The notes below the pieces were generated by a model. That model was not told the DNA's origin and searched no databases. It was given only the letters and a program-made list of their open reading frames with translations. Shown in pieces: positions 57,956 through 64,000 of a stretch of 64,000 nt of DNA (positions are counted from its first letter, which is position 1; every line of letters starts with the position of its first letter). The DNA comes from Sphingobacterium thalpophilum (GTDB lineage: Bacteria > Bacteroidota > Bacteroidia > Chitinophagales > Chitinophagaceae). Where the stretch lies: contig CALPNW020000001.1 of the NCBI GenBank assembly GCA_943325035.2, positions 920 to 64,919 on the forward strand, read 5' to 3'. The translations under genes and the position numbers were made by a program.

Positions 57956-60307
57956 CTATTGATGATTGTTTATCAGATTCATTTTCATTGTCAACACATT
58001 ATTTTCACCATTTCGGGAATAGCCCACCTCATCCATGATTTGTTTGATCAGGTAAATGCCCAAGCCTCCAAGCGGTCTTTGCTCGGCAGTTAAATTCAAT
58101 GGGGGATCCTTGGATTGAGTGGGGTCAAATGGCAGACCCTGGTCTGTAACTGTAAAAAATAAAGCGTTGTCGTGCTGCAACACAGATAGCTGAATTGTTT
58201 TGCCTGTTTCATTTGGATAAGCATAGAAAATGATATTAGAAACCGCTTCTTCCAAAGCAAGATTCAGGTTCATGATCCGGGAAGCATTCAGCTGCAGGTC
58301 TTCGCCCAGGTTTTGAACAAAGGATTGCAAAACCGGTATTTGGGAAACTTCATTGAGCAGGATAATTTTTTGGGCATAGCAACTGGTGGTAGAAGTGCCT
58401 TTATAAACAAGGGCAACCATGGCCAGATCATCGGACTGTTCTGCATCTAGCACATGGCCGTGAACATCATTTGCAATACCACCAATCATCTCCCTGGCCG
58501 AACCATATTGATTTTGTGAAAGCAGTTGGAGCAATTGATCATTGCCATAAAGTTTCTTGTCCTTGTTTTCCGCCTCAGTTAAGCCATCGGTATAGAGTAA
58601 CAGGGTGGTGCCAATATCAAACTGGAACTCCTGTCGTTCAAATTCAAAATCAGGAACTAATCCAATAGCAAGGTTAGGAAGAACGGGAAGAAAAACGGAG
58701 TTGTTATTGACCAGCACCGGAGGATTGTGACCGGCATTGCAGTACTCCATCAAACCAGATTTTAAATCGAGCATACCGATAAACAAAGTGACAAAAAGAT
58801 TAGACTCATTGTTTTCGGCAATGGATTTGTTAAGGATAGCAACAATTTGAGCAGGGTTATTCCATTGCAATGAAACAGAACGAAATAAGCTCCGGGTAAC
58901 GGCCATCAGCAGGGATGCAGGAATTCCCTTACCGGATACATCAGCAATTATGAAGTAGAGCCGGTTCTGTTCAATAAAATAATCATACAGGTCTCCGCCC
59001 ACCAGTTTTGCCGGACTCAAAAATGCGTGGAGGTCTATTTGAGGGTTGTCCGGAAAAGCCGGAAAAATTTGCGGGATCATTCCCATCTGAATTTCACGGG
59101 CTATTCTGATCTCACTTTCAATTTTTTCTTTGGCAGAAGTAGCGGACTTCAGGTTACTGATGTAGTGCACCAGATTTTGCTGCATGAACACAAATGCATT
59201 GCGTAAGCCCATCAGTTCATCCTTAGTATGGATTTCGGGCAGTGGTGTTTGAAAATTACCTTTTGCAATCTCTTTTGCATTTTGGGCAAACAGACTTAAC
59301 GGAGCTATTTGCTTAGACACCACTTTGATGATGATGAATACCAGCAGCAACAAACCCAATACAACCAGTGCAACCAGCATACTGAAGATCTTCTGTAAGG
59401 GCGCATACATTTCGGACTTGGGGAAAATGACCACGAGTATCCAGTTACTGCTCTTCAGGGATTTATGATATACTTTAACCTCCTCGCCATTCAGCGAGGT
59501 GGAGATAATGCCCGTTTTTTTAAGCAACATTTCCCTGCCCAGTTCCATTAAGGCTGGCTGCTTCACTTTCTCTGCATAACTGAAGATGGTCTGGTTCAGG
59601 ATCAATGTCTTGTTAGGGTTAGTAACAAAAGTTCCATCAGCAGAAATCACTGTTGCATAACCGGTTTCCAATATTTTAACCGCATTTACTATGCTGGTAA
59701 ATCTGTCTAATGCCAAATCCATTGATAACACCCCTACTATCTGTTTACTGGTGTCAGAGCCGGAAAAAAGCGGCACGGCATAAGTAACCATCAGGGTGTT
59801 TGCACCACCGGCATCAAAGTAAGGATCCGACCAGCAAGGTTTTTTAGTAGTAACTGCATTGCGGTACCAGTCCATTGAAAAATAATCATAGTGCCGGCTA
59901 CCCAATTGCTTGGAAACAATACTGTCTTTTTTCCTGAAAGAATAAGGAGCAAAATATTTTCCTCTGTTACTATAGTAAGATGGTGCTAATGAAATCGCAC
60001 AACCCATAATTTCCGGATTATTTTGCACTATTTTTCTGGTGAGCCCTTCCAACGAACCGGGATCAGCCAGTTTACTCTCTACCATCCAGCTATAATTTCC
60101 GGCGATTCGGGTAATGGGCAAAAGCGTTTGTTCTATATTAAGTGCGGTGTTTCCTGTAAGGATTTCAGCATTCCTGTAGGTCATTTCCTCGAGTTGCTGT
60201 TTGGAGAAAAAATAAAAGGAGGAAAGGGAAATAACAAACAACAGGATACACGAAGAAAGTACGTAAAATACAATCCTTGTTGAAAGAGATTTATTTTTAT
60301 TCAGCAT
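57956..60307 (-). CDS. Membrane sensor: TM-dCache-TM-HAMP-SpoIIE/PP2C phosphatase-RsbW-type HATPase kinase
   Basis: WY...WSDPYFD dCache; PL......IAKGNF...DEL..L HAMP; VGGDLYD, ADVSGKG, NAGH, YTDG and DD PP2C motifs; LEEA..N, D.G.PFDP and GGLG kinase boxes. Confidence 0.9.
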   Translation of the reverse strand: MLNKNKSLSTRIVFYVLSSCILLFVISLSSFYFFSKQQLEEMTYRNAEILTGNTALNIEQTLLPITRIAGNYSWMVESKLADPGSLEGLTRKIVQNNPEIMGCAISLAPSYYSNRGKYFAPYSFRKKDSIVSKQLGSRHYDYFSMDWYRNAVTTKKPCWSDPYFDAGGANTLMVTYAVPLFSGSDTSKQIVGVLSMDLALDRFTSIVNAVKILETGYATVISADGTFVTNPNKTLILNQTIFSYAEKVKQPALMELGREMLLKKTGIISTSLNGEEVKVYHKSLKSSNWILVVIFPKSEMYAPLQKIFSMLVALVVLGLLLLVFIIIKVVSKQIAPLSLFAQNAKEIAKGNFQTPLPEIHTKDELMGLRNAFVFMQQNLVHYISNLKSATSAKEKIESEIRIAREIQMGMIPQIFPAFPDNPQIDLHAFLSPAKLVGGDLYDYFIEQNRLYFIIADVSGKGIPASLLMAVTRSLFRSVSLQWNNPAQIVAILNKSIAENNESNLFVTLFIGMLDLKSGLMEYCNAGHNPPVLVNNNSVFLPVLPNLAIGLVPDFEFERQEFQFDIGTTLLLYTDGLTEAENKDKKLYGNDQLLQLLSQNQYGSAREMIGGIANDVHGHVLDAEQSDDLAMVALVYKGTSTTSCYAQKIILLNEVSQIPVLQSFVQNLGEDLQLNASRIMNLNLALEEAVSNIIFYAYPNETGKTIQLSVLQHDNALFFTVTDQGLPFDPTQSKDPPLNLTAEQRPLGGLGIYLIKQIMDEVGYSRNGENNVLTMKMNLINNHQ

Positions 60308-60586
60308 TCTGTTTTACTTCCCCGAATACGATTTATGTTCAGCAAAATCATAATTGAAAAGAACTTGAAATTACATTTAGTTCCATTGCATAAAATTCAA
60401 AGGGATGTAAGTATTTCGTCAAAACATATAACAGAATATGCGTCTGATGGGAGGTGGTTCAGGTAATATCATAACAACCTGCCTGCGGCACAACTCCTTT
60501 ATTAACAAATTGTTATCAGCAGAACTACAGGGTGTCCTTAGACCTACTTTCGCTGCTCATTATTCATTCATATTAAACATTTGTTG

Positions 60587-61999
60587 ATGAAAAAATATTT
60601 AGTGGCATCCGCCATACTCTTGTCATTTATTGGTTGCAGCAAAAAAATGGATGTGGCAGACACCACTGTTCCCTATGTTCATGTTCCGGTACAGTTTACC
60701 GTTAAAGAAGATTTTGAAATGGGAACCAAGGCGGCTTATGCCATTGGTGATGTCTCTATCAAAACCGGTAGCTGGAATTTTGAAGATGGTCTTTTAGGAA
60801 AAACAACCGCAGATATTAAGAATGATCTTCAATCAGTAAGGCTTAGAACCGGTAAAATCGGAATGAACTTTGACGTTGACAGCATTACCATGCTGAAAAT
60901 CAATCATGCTCAATATGGCACTGATGCAGCTTCGGTTTTAACCGTTTGGATCTCAGAAGACAAAGGCGCTACGTATACCCAACTTGGTACCAGCTTGAAT
61001 ACCAACAGCAAAACCTTCATTACAGATACCTTCAAAGTAACTACTACCAAACCTGTACGTTTTCAGTTCAGAAAAGTTGGAACAACAAGAATCAATATTG
61101 ATGATATCATCTTTATCGGTGCCGGTAACCCTGGTATTATTTTTAATGACCCGGTTGATAATATCATAGATACTGCCGCATATTCATCTACCCCAGCCAT
61201 TGGCAGAGGTTTCCCAAGCCCTACCGGTATTGATGTTCAACCGGTAGACGGTGACAACAGCAACCTGCTTTTCGGCAATCCTTCCAATGCCTTAACCAAC
61301 AGTGTTTCCATTGAGAACTACCTGATTGATTTCAAATATTTCACCACCTCTCACAGTAGTTCAAGAAATACACCTAACTGGGTTTCCTGGCATTTGGATG
61401 CTTCCAATGTTGCAACCACTTCCAGACAGGATAATTTTGCAGCGTTTACTGGAATGCCTATAAATTTTTACCAGGTTCAAAGTAACAGTTACAGTGGATC
61501 AGGATTCGACAGGGGCCACAACTGCCCTTCCGCAGACAGAACGAGTTCTGTTGAGGCCAATTCGGCCACATTCCTGATGCCGAACATGATTCCACAGGCT
61601 CCCAATAATAACCAGAAAGCATGGGCCACGCTTGAATCCTATCTCAGAACTGAAATGCAGAAGGGCTATGAAGTGTATATCATCATGGGCAGCTACGGCA
61701 AAGGGGGTACCGGATCTAACGGTTATGCCGAAACCATCAACAATGGTAAAGTTGTAGTTCCAAAAAGAGTATGGAAAATTGCAGTGATCCTGCCAATAGG
61801 AAATGGTGATTTATCAAGGGTAACCGCTAGTACCAAGATCCTCGCAGTGGACACCCCAAATGACAACACCGCTGATCCGGATTGGACAAAGTACCTCACT
61901 ACCGTGGATGCAATTGAAAAAGCAACTACCTATGATTTCTTATCTAAACTGCCACTTGATATTCAGAAAATCTTGCAGGCAAAAGTATATATACCATAA
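60587..61999 (+). CDS. DNA/RNA non-specific endonuclease lipoprotein (NucA-like) with N-terminal beta-sandwich domain
   Basis: Lipobox SFIGC; GNPS, PNWVSWHL, FDRGHNCPSADR, TF.M.NM.PQ, N...W..LE and VP...WK motifs. Confidence 0.92.
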   Translation: MKKYLVASAILLSFIGCSKKMDVADTTVPYVHVPVQFTVKEDFEMGTKAAYAIGDVSIKTGSWNFEDGLLGKTTADIKNDLQSVRLRTGKIGMNFDVDSITMLKINHAQYGTDAASVLTVWISEDKGATYTQLGTSLNTNSKTFITDTFKVTTTKPVRFQFRKVGTTRINIDDIIFIGAGNPGIIFNDPVDNIIDTAAYSSTPAIGRGFPSPTGIDVQPVDGDNSNLLFGNPSNALTNSVSIENYLIDFKYFTTSHSSSRNTPNWVSWHLDASNVATTSRQDNFAAFTGMPINFYQVQSNSYSGSGFDRGHNCPSADRTSSVEANSATFLMPNMIPQAPNNNQKAWATLESYLRTEMQKGYEVYIIMGSYGKGGTGSNGYAETINNGKVVVPKRVWKIAVILPIGNGDLSRVTASTKILAVDTPNDNTADPDWTKYLTTVDAIEKATTYDFLSKLPLDIQKILQAKVYIP

Positions 62000-62017
62000 G
62001 CCTAACATCTTTTTACC

Positions 62018-62052
62018 AAAGCCTCACCAGTCTAAACCGGTGGGGCTTTTTT
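62018..62052. terminator. Intrinsic terminator after the nuclease gene
   Basis: AAAGCCTCACC...GGTGGGGCTTTTTT hairpin between convergent genes. Confidence 0.7.
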
Positions 62053-62113
62053 ATTGTGTTTTCTGTAATGGCCGGGGAAGAAACGAGGCATATCCCCTTT
62101 ATATTCTTAATAA

Positions 62114-62692
62114 CTATTGTTGAAATATAATCAAGAGTGACATCACCTTTAATATTTCGATTCTCAGGTGCTTTATTGATAAGGACATTTTCTTCTCAAC
62201 CGTCTTTATCGAAATTTGTAATTCTTCCGCAATCTGTTGGTAGGTCATCAGCTGCGCCCGACTCATATTATAGATCTTCTGCTGGTCTTGTGGCAGTTTT
62301 TTAATCAACGTAACCAGCTTGGAATGCAATTCTTTGTAGACCAAGGGATCCGCAGATAATAATTCATTAGTTACGTTGGAAAGTCTTTCAAAAAACAGGG
62401 TGTCTGCCTTTCTTAACAGATAGGCTTTCAGTGCAGCATTACGCAAACTTCTATGTAGATAGCTTCTTAGATTCTGAATATCGAGGCCGGCCCGGTATTT
62501 CCAAAGCGACATAAAAGTTTCCTGAACACTGTCATCAGCGCCATTGTCCGTACCCAGTATTTTATAAGCACTTATATACAATTCGTTAAAGTAGCGTTCA
62601 TAGATTTCTGTAAATGCCAACTCTTCCCCACGCTTGAGTGCATCGCAGAGATGCTTTTCCGTAGAATTTGTATCGTGGAGGGATTCGGACAT
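62114..62692 (-). CDS. ECF sigma-70 factor (Bacteroidota FecI-like type)
   Basis: AF..IY.RY, D.VQE.F..LW, LP.....I..MSR...MTY..IA..L.IS.KTVE motifs and a hydrophobic C-terminal tail. Confidence 0.9.
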   Translation of the reverse strand: MSESLHDTNSTEKHLCDALKRGEELAFTEIYERYFNELYISAYKILGTDNGADDSVQETFMSLWKYRAGLDIQNLRSYLHRSLRNAALKAYLLRKADTLFFERLSNVTNELLSADPLVYKELHSKLVTLIKKLPQDQQKIYNMSRAQLMTYQQIAEELQISIKTVEKKMSLSIKHLRIEILKVMSLLIIFQQ

Positions 62693-62936
62693 TTTACCCT
62701 ATAAATATAGTGCAAATGGATGGGTAGTTTAGATGCCTGTTAGATAAATTATAATCTTTGATGCTTTGCTCTCAACAGCCCCATTAATAGCTGGTCTAGC
62801 ATACTAATATTCAAATTCCGTTGTTGTAGCCCTGGTGAATGAACCCGGATTTTTATATATTTTTAGAAAATATTATATTTCTGGAAGACCAGTATGATGC
62901 TGCTTTTTGAAAACAAAATATCAAATTCAAGCTGCT

Positions 62937-64000
62937 TTAATCTTTCTTATTATGTGTCAGGATATCATCAATTCTCCTGACCATATCTTTTAAATGTATC
63001 TTAGTCATTTGATCTGTAGAACTATTTGATGTATTATTTATTTCAGTCTTCAACGAAGCTAAGTGCGCTCTTAAAGAACTAGTTACATCCACCAAATCCG
63101 CTTCCGCCATAGTAAATAACGCATTCAATAAGGCGCCTATATCAGTAGGTAATTTTTCATCCTTTGGATTCAGCAGGGTATTTAACCGATTAATATACAT
63201 TTGTTGTAATTGCCTGCGATAAATATCAATTGGTGATTTCCTTGAGAGTTCACTCCATATCCCTTTTTTAAGATCTTCTAATAAATCAAGAATTGAATAG
63301 GCATCTTTTTCATTTGATTTAGCTTTCACCAATTGACCCATTTTTGATCTTGACAATATTCCATCTATGGATGTTTGCTGAATTTTACCTATTACGTTCA
63401 ATCCGTTTCTTCCTGTTTTTTCGAATATATCGTTATTGATAAGCCAGGTTGGTGTGGTAAAAACATATTTATTGATGTGTGCTATGGATTCTTTTTGTTT
63501 GGCTCTTGATATTGATTCAAAGACAGGACCAGCCTCTTCAACTGATTTAGGCGTTTTCATTACACCACCAAGTTGCGCAACAACATGACCGTTATATCTC
63601 CCAAATTGTTTAACGACTTCTTCATACATGGTTCCCAAATTCTCATAGCCTTCAGCCGGCTCACTTGTCCATTCAATTAAATTTGGTATGATTCGCTGCA
63701 GGTTTTTAATTCCATACACACTCCCTTTAACCGGATCATCCCCCACTTGTTCGGTTAAACTTCGAGGATCTGAACGATTAAACTCACCATCCCCAAACCA
63801 CAAGCGCTTGTCTTTCAGTTTCTCAATCACCCATTTATTTAAGTAAGATTTCTCTGCTTCGGGTGTTTTAAATTGTGGCAGGTACCTATACCCCCAATCA
63901 ATTGCCCAATCATCATACAAATTTATTCTAGGGAAAATTCCTTTTTCACTTACACTATCTTCGGGTTGTGCTACATAATTAAACCGGGCATAATCCATAA
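62937..64000 (-). CDS. C-terminal part of a zinc-dependent metalloprotease (DUF4953/EcxA-like; 5' end lies outside the window)
   Basis: MDYARFNYVAQPED Met-turn, YD.WAI.WGY, DPR..TE..GD and YRR.LQ motifs; the frame runs off the window end. Confidence 0.88.
   Translation of the reverse strand, partial: MDYARFNYVAQPEDSVSEKGIFPRINLYDDWAIDWGYRYLPQFKTPEAEKSYLNKWVIEKLKDKRLWFGDGEFNRSDPRSLTEQVGDDPVKGSVYGIKNLQRIIPNLIEWTSEPAEGYENLGTMYEEVVKQFGRYNGHVVAQLGGVMKTPKSVEEAGPVFESISRAKQKESIAHINKYVFTTPTWLINNDIFEKTGRNGLNVIGKIQQTSIDGILSRSKMGQLVKAKSNEKDAYSILDLLEDLKKGIWSELSRKSPIDIYRRQLQQMYINRLNTLLNPKDEKLPTDIGALLNALFTMAEADLVDVTSSLRAHLASLKTEINNTSNSSTDQMTKIHLKDMVRRIDDILTHNKKD

Noticed and set aside
60587-61999. Nuclease as effector of an anti-phage system with the NRPS cassette
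   Set aside because: It is an exported lipoprotein of the nutrient-scavenging NucA type, transcribed divergently with its own terminator; nothing shows linkage.

Overview
This looks like a chromosomal segment of a Bacteroidota genome, probably Chitinophagaceae-like. The assignment rests on a T9SS cargo/PorP pair, a SusB-like GH97, TAnnTTTG promoter boxes and A-rich start contexts without Shine-Dalgarno sites. The window is densely coding (about 53 CDS), with no rRNA, tRNA, CRISPR array or intact transposase seen. Most genes are scavenging or housekeeping: secreted peptidases including a cyanophycinase, amidohydrolases, GH97, psuK-psuG, a 5'-nucleotidase, eat-eutBC, a photolyase and a nuclease. 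The most notable element is a tightly packed four-gene minus-strand cassette (60307-50960). It encodes a membrane dCache-HAMP-PP2C-RsbW-type sensor, a STAS protein, an Sfp-type PPTase and an A-T-C-A-T-R NRPS. This is a candidate partner-switch-linked dipeptide aldehyde/pyrazinone signalling module with no cognate sigma factor in the cassette. Other points of interest are a contiguous spt-GNAT-reductase (ceramide-type) operon, a degenerate DnaB-C paralogue with a poly-Asp loop, a deletion scar in an ABC/LolA operon, a twice-repeated 40-bp IS3-end-like palindrome and a 34-bp-periodic repeat upstream of GH97. All calls come from motif recognition by eye; no database searches were run.
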